Source: an uncultured Lachnospiraceae bacterium (GTDB lineage: Bacteria; Bacillota; Clostridia; Lachnospirales; Lachnospiraceae). From it: 64,000 bases of DNA. How positions within the stretch are numbered: position 1 is the first letter of the stretch; each line of letters starts with the position of its first letter. Both the position numbers and the translations under genes were made by a program. Under the pieces are notes generated by a model. That model was not told the origin of the DNA and did not search any database. It worked only from the letters and a program-made list of their open reading frames with translations. The stretch spans positions 120,190 to 184,189 of the forward strand of contig URCR01000001.1 of NCBI GenBank assembly GCA_900546325.1. Reading direction: 5' to 3'. Positions 31,804 to 41,730 of the stretch are shown one piece after another.

Positions 31804-32241
31804 ATGGAGTACAACTGGATTGAAATGATGAACTATATGCAGAACCTGCGCCAGTTTTGCAGCAGAAATGTACGGCGCACCGGAAAAGGGAGCATCTCAA
31901 CTTCCCAGGAGCTTGACCTGCTGTCCCGCCTCGCATTGTCCGACGTGCCGCTGACGCCGCACGAATTATGCATCTGCATGGGACTTGGCAAATCTGCTGT
32001 CAGCCGCCTGATAGAACATCTGGAGAAAAAAGAACTGCTTAGAAAAGAACCCAGCCTGTCGGATAAGAGAAGCTACCATCTTCTGATCACAGAAAGCGGA
32101 CAAAAAGCTCTTGAGGAGACTTATGAATATTACCTTTCACCCATTTACACGATGCGGCGCAGGCTTGGAGAAGCACATTTTCTGAAACTTATGGAACTGA
32201 TTCACGAAACAAATGATGTCCTTCAGGACACCGAACACTAG
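31804..32241 (+). CDS. MarR-family transcriptional regulator
   Basis: Winged HTH …LTPHELCICMGLGKSAVSRLIEHLEKKELLRKEPSLSDKRSYHLLITESGQKALEE…. GGAGAA SD before the ATG at 31804. Confidence 0.8.
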   Translation: MEYNWIEMMNYMQNLRQFCSRNVRRTGKGSISTSQELDLLSRLALSDVPLTPHELCICMGLGKSAVSRLIEHLEKKELLRKEPSLSDKRSYHLLITESGQKALEETYEYYLSPIYTMRRRLGEAHFLKLMELIHETNDVLQDTEH

Positions 32242-32253
32242 GAGGGATTTCTA

Positions 32254-33339
32254 TTGACTTTTTATCAAGAATTACAACTAAATCAAGCCGGTTCAAAAGC
32301 ATTGATCCGAAAGACCGGGGATCCAAAAGAAAAATTCCGGCACATTTGTATCTACCTGTTTAAGATTTTACTGACCGTGGCATTCTGCGTCGTATTTGTG
32401 ACCATTTACACCAAATTATTCGGAGCGGACAACAGTATTGTCGGGGTCGTTGTGCTTCTCGCTGTGATGGTATTTCGCAACGCAGACCTTGGCATCAAGA
32501 ACTCACACGGGGTCCTTCTGCTTGCCTGCATTTACGGAATCCTTGCTTTCGGGCCGCGGCTCACAAACATGGTTGGACCATTTCCGGCATTTTTTATCAA
32601 CGTGATCTGTATCGGCACGCTGATGTCACTTGGCTGCCACAACGTGATCATGTCCAACCATTCGACATTCGTCCTCGGCTATCTGCTTCTCCAGGGCTAT
32701 GATACGACAGGAACCTCTTACCTCCTGCGTCTCGCAGGACTTTCTGTGGGAGCATTTGCAACCTGCTTTATCCTCTGGAGAAATCACCGGAAAGTCCGTT
32801 ACAAACGCACCGTCCGCCATATTTTCCAGGAATTTGACCTCCGCTCTATGCGGACACGGTGGCAGATTCGCCTGACACTTGGTGTTTCTACTGCGATGCT
32901 GTTCGCCTCTCTGATTCGTCTTCCGAGAGTGATGTGGGTCGGGATTGCCACAATGTCCGTTCTGCTTCCATTTAAAAATGATCTGATGGAACGTGTCAAA
33001 TATCGTGCGCCGGGAAATATACTCGGTGGACTCTGCTTCCTCTGCCTCTACTACCTGCTCCCGGAGAGCTGTTACGGCTATATCGGTATGATCGGTGGAA
33101 TCGGCGTCGGCCTCTCTGCCACCTACGGCTGGCAGGCAGTATTTAACTCGTTCGGAGCACTCTCCATCGCCATGAACACCTTTGGAGTTGCCGGAGCAAT
33201 TATTCTCCGTGTTCTCACAAATGCACTCGGCTCTGTGTACGGACTGCTCTTCCACAATATTTTTGAAACTGGATACAACTGGATCAGTACCAGAATATCT
33301 TCCAAAGAAATGGATTTGGAAAATGGGGCAGTTGACTAA
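32254..33339 (+). CDS. FUSC-like / aromatic-acid-exporter-family membrane protein
   Basis: 361-aa multi-TM protein immediately downstream of MarR. TTG start with a GGAGGG SD. Family assignment is by architecture only. Confidence 0.5.
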   Translation: MTFYQELQLNQAGSKALIRKTGDPKEKFRHICIYLFKILLTVAFCVVFVTIYTKLFGADNSIVGVVVLLAVMVFRNADLGIKNSHGVLLLACIYGILAFGPRLTNMVGPFPAFFINVICIGTLMSLGCHNVIMSNHSTFVLGYLLLQGYDTTGTSYLLRLAGLSVGAFATCFILWRNHRKVRYKRTVRHIFQEFDLRSMRTRWQIRLTLGVSTAMLFASLIRLPRVMWVGIATMSVLLPFKNDLMERVKYRAPGNILGGLCFLCLYYLLPESCYGYIGMIGGIGVGLSATYGWQAVFNSFGALSIAMNTFGVAGAIILRVLTNALGSVYGLLFHNIFETGYNWISTRISSKEMDLENGAVD

Positions 33340-33405
33340 CGATTCAGGCTTCCTTTCTTCCCCTGAATGCTTCATTCTTTTCCTATCTCCATTGGGAAAT
33401 TTTAA

Positions 33406-33440
33406 TGGCAGATGTGCTTTTATATAAGTCACATCTGCCA
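33406..33440. terminator. Bidirectional terminator
   Basis: TGGCAGATGTG-N13-CACATCTGCCA, a perfect 11-bp stem between convergent genes. Confidence 0.55.
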
Positions 33441-33527
33441 CTGTTTAAATCTCTTTGAAACTCTCTGCTTTCCGATAGCTTCCATCTCTTTTATTTATGC
33501 AATGATAAATCTTTTTCCCAAATCCTT

Positions 33528-35030
33528 CTACACCATTACAAAAGCACATGCGGTCGGAGCTAAGTCAAATGCGCTTTCTACTGTTACTGAAACTAATTTT
33601 GGAAGTTCATCATTTTCTCCAAGTACAAGTGGAGTTCCGTTTAATGTCATCACACGAGAACGGAATTTATCCTGCCCTTCCAGTACAAAAACTTCTGCAG
33701 TTTTTGGAAGTTCCACCGTTGCCGCTTCTGTTTTTGAATTGTTGATAATTAAGTAAGCGAACCCTTCTTTGCCATCTTTTCTGGAATGTGCAAATACATG
33801 TGCTCCTTCTTCTGCTATATTTGTACAGTATACCTCCTGCCCCATAAGGCGGTTCCATAATAATACCGCAAAGTAGTTCGGGCGTGGCATAAAGTCCCCG
33901 TGATTTAAGAATCCGTATGCCGAAGAACATAATGTATTATGGAAAATCACGCCGTCTGTCACTGTTGAGAAATCTCCCAATTCATTTAATGTACGTGGAA
34001 CATCCGCATATGTAGGCGCCCATGTGTTTCCGCCACATCCGGCATCACCGGATTCTGTTACCCACATCTGTCCACCCGGAACATACTTATCACGAACTGC
34101 AGTGTAATAGTTTGCACATTCTTTTGCAATTCCCAAATATTTATCCGTTAAGATATTTTCGAAATTCCAATGTCCTCCCATCGCTGCACCACGCTCTGAA
34201 ATTCCATTGTAATAGTGGTAACTAAATACATCTAATTTTTCTTTTCCATTACCAATTAACTGATCTGTAGTTACTATTTCTAAGGCAGAGGCAATTCCAC
34301 CGCCTACGTTATCTTCACCTGTGTTGAGGATTCCTGCCGGAATATCTCCGCAGGTACATGGACCTACCAATAATGTTTCCGGATAATTTGCACGTACAAA
34401 TGCACAGAACAAATCATGATCGCGACAGAAATCATCTGTTGTATATCCTGCCGGAAGTCCGCTCATTGCCATCATATTCGGTTCATTGGTAAATTCTACC
34501 GCTTCAATCGGAACACCGTATTTTCGACTGTAATCAAAGATTAATTTTGTCTGTTCAGGATTCCAAGGTTCATCTGCACTATGAATTCCAGGACAGTTTG
34601 CAACAGAAATTAATAATTTTCCGTCTACTGCCTTTACAAAGTCAAGAACACCTGTCCACTGATCTTTTGTTAATAAATTCTGAAATCCTTCCGGAACAAC
34701 ACCATTGGTATGTCCGTCAAAGTCATAATATGTTTTATTTGCCCAGGTTCCCGAAACACGTACCCATGCAGAACCAAGTTCTTTTGCCAGCTTACGGAGA
34801 CGTGGATGATATAAATCAACCGGTTCATACATCTGCTGTAATTTTCCCATGTTTCTCCAGTCACTGATTACCGGGAACTCTTCTGTTCCATCAATCTGCG
34901 CATCTGTGTATGCTTTCCAAAATGTTCCACCTGTAACTTCAGTCATTTCAATGTTGTAAGATACTAATCTAGAATCCATCTGACGAATAAGTTCAAGTCC
35001 ATTTTCTTTTAATTGAATTGTCCGACTCAT
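33528..35030 (-). CDS. Glycoside hydrolase, clan GH-A, GH79-like (beta-glucuronidase/heparanase-like)
   Basis: Acid/base motif FTNEPN and nucleophile motif WVTESGDAGCGGNTWAP parallel the GH79 pattern (NEPN … ETSSAYGGG). C-terminal beta-sandwich. SD AGGAGGG before the ATG at 35030. Confidence 0.6.
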   Translation of the reverse strand: MSRTIQLKENGLELIRQMDSRLVSYNIEMTEVTGGTFWKAYTDAQIDGTEEFPVISDWRNMGKLQQMYEPVDLYHPRLRKLAKELGSAWVRVSGTWANKTYYDFDGHTNGVVPEGFQNLLTKDQWTGVLDFVKAVDGKLLISVANCPGIHSADEPWNPEQTKLIFDYSRKYGVPIEAVEFTNEPNMMAMSGLPAGYTTDDFCRDHDLFCAFVRANYPETLLVGPCTCGDIPAGILNTGEDNVGGGIASALEIVTTDQLIGNGKEKLDVFSYHYYNGISERGAAMGGHWNFENILTDKYLGIAKECANYYTAVRDKYVPGGQMWVTESGDAGCGGNTWAPTYADVPRTLNELGDFSTVTDGVIFHNTLCSSAYGFLNHGDFMPRPNYFAVLLWNRLMGQEVYCTNIAEEGAHVFAHSRKDGKEGFAYLIINNSKTEAATVELPKTAEVFVLEGQDKFRSRVMTLNGTPLVLGENDELPKLVSVTVESAFDLAPTACAFVMV

Positions 35031-35254
35031 CATTTCCCTCCTATTTTTAAAATGAAATAGTATAGTAATTATTATAACAATCCACAAATTTTAACATAAG
35101 GGACAAAAAAAGAACTTTGGGACATTCTTCCACAAAATTCGCCTCTGTTTTTTGTATAAATTTAACATGTGTCGTTATTCTTCGCAACTACTTGGAAGCA
35201 GGAGCATCACCGCGTTTACTACTTTTTCAGCGGTGTTGTTAAATAATATTCAAA

Positions 35255-35290
35255 AGGGGGGCGTATCGCAAAGGCGAGGCCCCCCCTTTC
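35255..35290. terminator. G/C-rich hairpin terminator downstream of GH109-like gene copy 1
   Basis: AAAAGGGGGGCG…GGCCCCCCCTTTCTTT with flanking A and T runs. Confidence 0.45.
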
Positions 35291-35291
35291 T

Positions 35292-36506
35292 TTATCTTGT
35301 CGTCCATGCTCCTTTTGTAAAGTCCGGAATCATTACAGGTCTTCCACCTGCAAGAATTGACTCTTCCGAAAGTGCTGTGATGCACATCCATGCTGCAGTG
35401 TCGTAGACATCGATCGGGCACGGAGTGCCATTTAAAACACTGTCGAAGAACTCCCGGAACACAAGCCAGTCCATTCCGTCATGAGAACCACGCACACCTT
35501 CTTCTTTGTATTGCTTCCACATCGGATGTTCGTACTCTTTGCTGTACTCTTCTGCATTTCCCCACTGCTCTTTCCATTTGAAATCATATTCTTCATGCTG
35601 TTTATCGAGAAATACCGAATCTGTCACTTCTTCATACATACCTTTCGTTCCGCGCACTGTAAAGTCACGGCTGTAATATCTCGGAAGTGTTGTATCCAGT
35701 GTCAGTGTGATCGTCTCCCCTCCGGCACAGCGGATCACAGTCGTAACAACATCGCCCTGAGCAAATGCTGCGTTGGCAAGCGCGTGATCTTCTCCCAGAC
35801 GGTCTGTAATATATTCATGGAGCCCTGCTGCCTTCGAGGAAGTAGAGGTCAGTGAAACCATCCGGTTTCCATGATTAATGTGAAGCAACTGTGCGATCGG
35901 TCCCAGCTCATGTGTCGGATAATTCTCACAGTTTCGGTTCAGATAATTTCTCAGACGGTAATGGCGGTACTTCTCTCCGCCGCTCACTTCGTCTCGTAGA
36001 TCATGATGATATCCGCCTTTACAGTGTACAACCGTTCCAAATACCCCAAGTTCTGCCATATGCATCGCCATCATTTCCCGGCGTCCGTAGCAGCAGTTCT
36101 CTAACATCATGATAGGCGTCTTCGTCTCCTCATAAGCACGCACAAGATCCCAGCACTGCTCCACCGTATACGCTCCTCCTACTTCCATGCCGACTGCCTT
36201 TCCCGCACGCATTGCCTCGATCGCGATGGAGATGTGATCTTCCCATGCACAAGTAATGATCACGGTATCTACTTCCGGATTTGCAATGACCTCTTGATAG
36301 TCCATTGTCACTGCCGGTCTGGTTCCCTGCACCTCTTCTACCTTATCTGCAGCTTTCACGGCTCTGTCTTCATAGCTGTCGCAGACTGCTCTCACATTTG
36401 CTTTTTCAAGCGGAAGGATAACGTCCTGTAAAAGCCATGTTCCTCTTGCTCCAAAGCCAATCATCCCTACGTTTAATTTCTCTCGCTTCACTGTGTCAGT
36501 TTTCAT
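35292..36506 (-). CDS. GH109-like glycosidase (Gfo/Idh/MocA NAD-binding fold; alpha-N-acetylgalactosaminidase family), copy 1
   Basis: Rossmann N-terminus LNVGMIGFGARG, a conserved EKY…H core, and the C-terminal GH109-type tail …DVYDTAAWMCITALSEESILAGGRPVMIPDFTKGAW. ~88% aa identity to 40528..41727. AAAGGAGA SD before the ATG at 36506; the track start is an upstream extension. Confidence 0.75.
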   Translation of the reverse strand: MKTDTVKREKLNVGMIGFGARGTWLLQDVILPLEKANVRAVCDSYEDRAVKAADKVEEVQGTRPAVTMDYQEVIANPEVDTVIITCAWEDHISIAIEAMRAGKAVGMEVGGAYTVEQCWDLVRAYEETKTPIMMLENCCYGRREMMAMHMAELGVFGTVVHCKGGYHHDLRDEVSGGEKYRHYRLRNYLNRNCENYPTHELGPIAQLLHINHGNRMVSLTSTSSKAAGLHEYITDRLGEDHALANAAFAQGDVVTTVIRCAGGETITLTLDTTLPRYYSRDFTVRGTKGMYEEVTDSVFLDKQHEEYDFKWKEQWGNAEEYSKEYEHPMWKQYKEEGVRGSHDGMDWLVFREFFDSVLNGTPCPIDVYDTAAWMCITALSEESILAGGRPVMIPDFTKGAWTTR

Positions 36507-36689
36507 GTCAGTTCTCCTTTTTACTTTTCTTGAAATTTTAATATGCCATGCAGACAGAACCGTTCTCCCGCAATCGGAGGAAATGTTTCTGTCCGATAGA
36601 TCTTGTTGCCAGTCATCCGAATCTCTTCCATGTTCTGCGCCCATAGAATCCGGTCATCAAAACAGTAAAACTCATTCTAAATAGACATC

Positions 36690-37325
36690 TTAACAGCATT
36701 CGGCTTCTTCTGCAATATAACGATTGAAAACTCTATTTAGAAAATCTGCCTGAATCCGTGCAATTCCAGCAAATAGAAAGAGGAACCACAACATTGCGTT
36801 GATTTCAATCATTGCCGGATAGAAAAAAGTGATCAATACAAAAAATGTGGCTGTTCCAAATAAAATGCAAGTCGTCAGCAGATGACGTACCGACATCAGA
36901 AACGCATTTACAATCGTATGCTTTATCGTGTTTTCAAACTTTGCCAAAAGCGGAAACAGATAAAGGAAAATCATTACAGTCAGAACACACGAAACAACCA
37001 ACAGCACACGCATGATTCCGTATCCGGTTCCCTCTAACGGCATATTCAGATTCATAAAGAGCAATGTAAATACTAGCATCAGAAAACACCACACCATTGT
37101 ACTTTGCTTAAAATTTGCTTTCCATGCATGCAGGTATTCACTTGCTACATATGCCGATTTTCCAGCACTCTGCCTTAACGTCACAGAATATAATGCCGTC
37201 AGAGATGCACCGATTGTAATAACCGGAATGCATGTAATGATAAACAAGATATTTAAAATCATTACATCCGCCACTTTTGTCATAAAACTGAAAAATTTGT
37301 TATCCAGACAAAATAACTTTTTCAT
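36690..37325 (-). CDS. DUF624 (YesL-like) membrane protein
   Basis: …FFSFMTKVADVMILNILFIITCIPVITIGASLTALYSVTLR… N-terminus, typical of the YesL family that accompanies sugar-utilisation loci in Firmicutes. Confidence 0.65.
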   Translation of the reverse strand: MKKLFCLDNKFFSFMTKVADVMILNILFIITCIPVITIGASLTALYSVTLRQSAGKSAYVASEYLHAWKANFKQSTMVWCFLMLVFTLLFMNLNMPLEGTGYGIMRVLLVVSCVLTVMIFLYLFPLLAKFENTIKHTIVNAFLMSVRHLLTTCILFGTATFFVLITFFYPAMIEINAMLWFLFLFAGIARIQADFLNRVFNRYIAEEAECC

Positions 37326-37440
37326 AATATCATCCTTTCTCGTGCAAATATTTCGCTTATCTGAATTATAACGAATCCATTTGAACACGTAAAGAATCCT
37401 TGTATAACAAGTAAAAAAATCAAAAAATAACTAAGAATTT

Positions 37441-37474
37441 ATAATATTATTTTTTCCAGTATAGAATTCCCCTG
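37441..37474 (+). repeat. 34-bp direct repeat, left copy (ATAATATTATTTTTTCCAGTATAGAATTCCCCTG); 29/34 identical to 50587..50620
   Basis: Direct comparison of the two copies. It contains the TAGAATTCC core shared with the Rpn-gene leaders. Confidence 0.6.
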
Positions 37475-37591
37475 TTTTTTTGAATAGTTGCCTGAAACGG
37501 CATCGACTTGTTTCATCTCCCTGGAAATTTCACAAGAACAGTGAAATCTCCAGAAATTCAGATCTGATTCTCCATCAGAAATAGGTTGTGC

Positions 37592-38464
37592 CTACATCTT
37601 CTGTATAAATTCTTCTATAGATGCAGCTTTCGCAGCCAGCTTTGCCCACGCAATGAGAACCTCTTCCTTTTTTTCAGATGCTATTTTCTCTCGAAGCGAT
37701 TGTGGTACTTCTCCAATATCCTGCAGAACATTGATCAAAACATTGACATATCCTTCCAGTCTTCCTTCTTCTCTTCCTTCTTCTCTCCCTTCTGCACGCT
37801 CCTCTTTTAACATCTCTTCAAAAATCATAAAGCGCTCCTCCATTTCCCGGCTTTCCTTAATTCTGCGGATGAATCTCTGCAACTGTTCCACATATGGATC
37901 ATGAAATTCTTCCTCACTTCCTGCAAGGTCTGCCTTTACATATTTTAGAAATGTTACCAGTTCTTTTGGAACTTCACCCTCATTCTTTCCATGCGTATTT
38001 AGGAATAGAATTTTTCTTCCATCTTCCAGATTTGTCTCCTTAGATTCTTTGCATTTCATCGCGAATGTATACCGATATTTTTCTTTTCCAAATGGATCAA
38101 AATCACAAATAAAAATAACGTACGTATCCGGAAGTTCACTGTAATCTTCTCCCGTCAACAGCAGTTCCATATCCATCTGGCTCTGATAATAACGGCTTCT
38201 TTTCCCAATCGCTGCCTTCTTTTCTATCTGCATCTCCACATTATAATGAGTTCGGTACTCATCCTTCGCATACACATCCAGTCGGACACCTTTGTATTCT
38301 GGATGATATACGATACTCTTCTCTCGGCTGACTTCCACCCGATCGATCGGCATCTCCAAAACTCTTTCCAAGAATCCCTTACAGTTATTCTCATCCATCA
38401 TCACTGCGCCAAACATAAAGTTATCTTTGATTGTAAGTTCCTTTAAACAATGTTTTCTTCTCAT
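37592..38464 (-). CDS. Rpn-family recombination-promoting nuclease / putative transposase (PD-(D/E)XK), paralogue 2
   Basis: LTIKDNFMFGAVM and VRLDVYAKDE…YNVEMQI motifs, C-terminal EERFM helix region. Leader TATAGAATTCCTCTGTATAATGGAGGAATACAATG closely matches the leader of 4288..5178. Confidence 0.8.
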   Translation of the reverse strand: MRRKHCLKELTIKDNFMFGAVMMDENNCKGFLERVLEMPIDRVEVSREKSIVYHPEYKGVRLDVYAKDEYRTHYNVEMQIEKKAAIGKRSRYYQSQMDMELLLTGEDYSELPDTYVIFICDFDPFGKEKYRYTFAMKCKESKETNLEDGRKILFLNTHGKNEGEVPKELVTFLKYVKADLAGSEEEFHDPYVEQLQRFIRRIKESREMEERFMIFEEMLKEERAEGREEGREEGRLEGYVNVLINVLQDIGEVPQSLREKIASEKKEEVLIAWAKLAAKAASIEEFIQKM

Positions 38465-38752
38465 TGTATTCCTCCATTATACAGAGGAATTCTATAAAAT
38501 AATAGTAACAGATAAAAAGGCCTTTGGCTAGTCTATTTCCAGACTTCTTTTTCCGTTGATTTCCCGGATACTTTCTACCTTTACTTTTAACTGTCCAATG
38601 GAAAGACCATAATTTCCTAAATATTCGGTATAACCACATAAAACAGCATAAATACAGGAAGTCTATGCCCTCAACTAGCCACAGCCTTCCTGTCCTTGAA
38701 CTACCTGTTCAATTTTTCCCGTTTTTTTAATATGTCAATCCATATCCATCAT

Positions 38753-40498
38753 TTATCCCAACTTCGGTTCATCCACAAGGCAGATTGTCTCTGCTGCTTT
38801 TCCATCTGTCTCAAAGATCACGATTTCATTGACACCTTCTTTTAACATCGGTCCCGGAATATAAAGTCTCTTCTGCGGTCCGATTTCCCAGAATCGCCCG
38901 ATATTTCTTCCATTTACAAACGCACATCCTTTTCCGAATCCGTCAACATCCAGGAATGTATCGCCAACTTCATCTGCCTGGAATGTAAATTTATAAAATG
39001 CCGGTAATCCTTCTTCATATCCTTTGGAATAGTCTACTTTCGATACATCATCTAATGGAAGGGAGTACATATCCCATCCCATGTGGAATGTCCCGTTAAT
39101 CTGAACCCCATGTGTAATTCCTTTTTTCTGCAGGTCAATTTCCGGTCCGTAATTAACTCTTCCTCTGTTTTCCATGAGAATGTCTAAAACACCCTGTTCC
39201 TCTTTCAATTCAAAACCGGTTGTTCTATCCATCTCATCATCATTGCGGATTTCAACCTGTTTTCCATCTGCAAAAATGATTGCCCGGTCCATTCCTCCAC
39301 GGATTTTACAAGACTGAATTTCTTTTCCTCTTGTGATCGTACTTCTGTAAAGAACATAACCGTAATTTTGTCCCAGTTCTTCCATAGATAACGGCATAGA
39401 TTCTCTCACCGGAGTACTAAGTGTATCCAATGTATCGAATAATCCGACCTTTTCTTGTAGCTGCAGTGTTCCATAGGCTTTTCTTGCAATCTTTGTTGTA
39501 AATTCTACTTTCGGAATTTCACGGAATTTGGAAATCACTTTCTGAAATTCCAGATATTTTTCTGTGATCTGTCCATCTTCCGTCAGCGGTGCATCGTAAT
39601 CATAAGATGTAACATCAGCCCCTACTTTATCATCATAGTTGGAACCATTCATAAATCCGAAGTTTGTTCCCCCGTGAAACATATAGAAGTTTACATGTCC
39701 TCTCTCCAGCATCTCTTCCAGAGATTTCTTATGTTCTGCATAATCCACTACACTGTGATCTTTCATTCCCCAGTGGTCAAACCATCCTACCCAGAATTCC
39801 ATACACATCAACGGCTGATCGCCAATGATCTTTTTCACTGTTTCAAAGCGCTCTGCACCTTTGGAACCGAAATTTGCTGTACGCCATGCACCTTCCAGAC
39901 AGCCATCATCCATAAGCTGCTTTCCAGGTCCATCCGATGTTACAAACGGAACTGTCACTCCTCTTTCCACCATCATCTCTTTCAATGCGTTCAGATATTC
40001 TTTATCATTTCCATAAGAACCATATTCATTTTCAATCTGCATCATAAGAATCGGTCCGCCATTTGTAATCTGATAAGGTGCTACCAGCGGAATTAATTTA
40101 TCATAATAACGTGCTACACAGTCCAGATATACTTTATTATAACAACGGAGACGGATGCCCTGCTTTGTCAAAAGCCACGCCGGGAATCCGCCGAATTCCC
40201 ATTCTGCACAAATGTAAGGTGACGGTCTTAAAATGACATACAATCCAAGTTCCTGTGCAATATCAAGGAATCTGCAAAGATCTGCATCCCCTTCAAAACA
40301 GAATTCTCCCTCTTTTGGCTCATGCACATTCCAGGCAACATAAGTTTCTACCGTATTACATCCCATTGCTTTTAATTTTTCCAAACGGTCTCTCCAGTAT
40401 TCCGGAACTACCCGGAAGTAGTGAATGCTTCCGGATATAATCTGGAATTTTTCACCATTCATATAAACGTCTTCTTTAATTTCAAATATATTCTGCAT
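38753..40498 (-). CDS. Beta-galactosidase, glycoside hydrolase family 35
   Basis: GSIHYFR, CAEWEFGG and QIENEYG signature stretches of GH35, with C-terminal beta-sandwich domains. The start is uncertain; 40462, 40498 and 40513 are all possible. Confidence 0.85.
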   Translation of the reverse strand: MQNIFEIKEDVYMNGEKFQIISGSIHYFRVVPEYWRDRLEKLKAMGCNTVETYVAWNVHEPKEGEFCFEGDADLCRFLDIAQELGLYVILRPSPYICAEWEFGGFPAWLLTKQGIRLRCYNKVYLDCVARYYDKLIPLVAPYQITNGGPILMMQIENEYGSYGNDKEYLNALKEMMVERGVTVPFVTSDGPGKQLMDDGCLEGAWRTANFGSKGAERFETVKKIIGDQPLMCMEFWVGWFDHWGMKDHSVVDYAEHKKSLEEMLERGHVNFYMFHGGTNFGFMNGSNYDDKVGADVTSYDYDAPLTEDGQITEKYLEFQKVISKFREIPKVEFTTKIARKAYGTLQLQEKVGLFDTLDTLSTPVRESMPLSMEELGQNYGYVLYRSTITRGKEIQSCKIRGGMDRAIIFADGKQVEIRNDDEMDRTTGFELKEEQGVLDILMENRGRVNYGPEIDLQKKGITHGVQINGTFHMGWDMYSLPLDDVSKVDYSKGYEEGLPAFYKFTFQADEVGDTFLDVDGFGKGCAFVNGRNIGRFWEIGPQKRLYIPGPMLKEGVNEIVIFETDGKAAETICLVDEPKLG

Positions 40499-40527
40499 CT
40501 CTTCCGCCCACACATACTAAATCAATA

Positions 40528-41727
40528 TTATCTTGTAATCCATGCACCTTTTGTAAAGTCTGGGACCATGACAGGCTTTCCTCCTAATGCAATCGACTTC
40601 TCTGTAAGTGCCGTAATACACATCCATGCCGCAGTATCATATACATCTATCGGACATGGCTTTTCATTTAAAATACTGTCAAAGAATTCTCTGAATACAA
40701 GCCAGTCCATTCCATCATGCGATCCTCTGACACCTTCTTCCTTATATTCTTTCCAAACTGGATGTTCATATTCTTCACTATATTTCTCTGCATTTCCCCA
40801 CTGTTCTTTCCATTTAAAGTCGTATTCTTCATGTACTTTATCAAGGAATACCGAATCTGTAGCTTCTTCATACATTCCTTTTGTTCCTCGCACTGTAAAA
40901 TCACGACTATAATATCTTGGAAGTGTCGTATCCAATGTCAATGTAATTGTCTCGCCACCTGCGCATTTTATTACAGTAGTCACAATATCACCTTGTGCAA
41001 ATTGTGCATTTGCAAGAGAGTGCTCTGATCCAAGTCGGTCATTTACATATTCATGTAACCCTGCTGCTTTAGAAGATACTGATGTTAGAGATACCATACG
41101 ATTTCCTCTGTTGATGTGTAAGAGTTGTGCAATGGGTCCTAATTCATGAGTTGGATAGTTCTCGCAGTTACGATTCAAGTAATTACGCAACCGATAATGT
41201 CTATATTTTTCTCCTCCACTCACTTCATCACGCAAATCATGGTGATATCCGCCTTTACAATGCACAACTGTTCCAAGCACTCCCAATTCTGCCATATGCA
41301 TTGCCATCATCTCACGCCGCCCATAACAACAATTTTCCAACATCATAATTGGTACTTTCGTTTCTTCATATGTCTTAACAAGATCCCAACATTGCTCTAC
41401 TGTATAAGCGCCGCCGACTTCCATTCCTACTGCTTTTCCTGCACGCATTGCCTCTATCGCAATTTGAATATGATCTTCCCATGCACAGGTGATAATAATT
41501 GTATTCACTTCCGGATTTTGAATCACATCTTTATAATTCTCTGATGTAGCCGGACGTTTTCCCTGCGCTTCTTCCACCATTTTTGCCGCTTTTTCTGTTC
41601 GGTCTTCATAACAATCGCATACAGCTACTATATTCGCTTTTCCCAATGGAAGAATAATGTCTCTCAAAAGCAATGTTCCTCTCGCTCCAAACCCAATTAT
41701 TCCCACATTCAACTTATCTTGTCGCAT
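40528..41727 (-). CDS. GH109-like glycosidase (alpha-N-acetylgalactosaminidase family), copy 2
   Basis: 399 aa, near-identical in protein to 35292..36506 but only ~75% identical in DNA and lower in GC. Confidence 0.75.
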   Translation of the reverse strand: MRQDKLNVGIIGFGARGTLLLRDIILPLGKANIVAVCDCYEDRTEKAAKMVEEAQGKRPATSENYKDVIQNPEVNTIIITCAWEDHIQIAIEAMRAGKAVGMEVGGAYTVEQCWDLVKTYEETKVPIMMLENCCYGRREMMAMHMAELGVLGTVVHCKGGYHHDLRDEVSGGEKYRHYRLRNYLNRNCENYPTHELGPIAQLLHINRGNRMVSLTSVSSKAAGLHEYVNDRLGSEHSLANAQFAQGDIVTTVIKCAGGETITLTLDTTLPRYYSRDFTVRGTKGMYEEATDSVFLDKVHEEYDFKWKEQWGNAEKYSEEYEHPVWKEYKEEGVRGSHDGMDWLVFREFFDSILNEKPCPIDVYDTAAWMCITALTEKSIALGGKPVMVPDFTKGAWITR

Positions 41728-41730
41728 TTG

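Larger units (their letters stand above)
37441..38496 (-). mobile_element. Putative IS-like unit: Rpn-family nuclease paralogue bracketed by imperfect ~19-bp inverted repeats (TATAGAATTCC core)
   Basis: Leader copy ACAGAGGAATTCTATA at 38481..38496 and inverted distal copy TATAGAATTCCCCTG at 37462..37474. Same layout as the unit at 4255..5391. Confidence 0.35.

Noticed and set aside
24977-37537. Shared motif GGAAAwTTCACAAGAACA at 24977..24996 and 37518..37537
   Set aside because: Only ~17/20 identity over a short AT-rich stretch. The second copy is part of a local hairpin (likely the Rpn2 terminator) while the first is not, so this is probably chance similarity.
38421-38680. ORF 38421..38639 (-) and a GGCTAGT…ACTAGCC inverted repeat upstream of Rpn2
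   Set aside because: The ORF overlaps the Rpn2 start and leader. The outer inverted repeat is short (7 bp) with a poorly matching inner part, so it was not considered robust enough to report as a feature.
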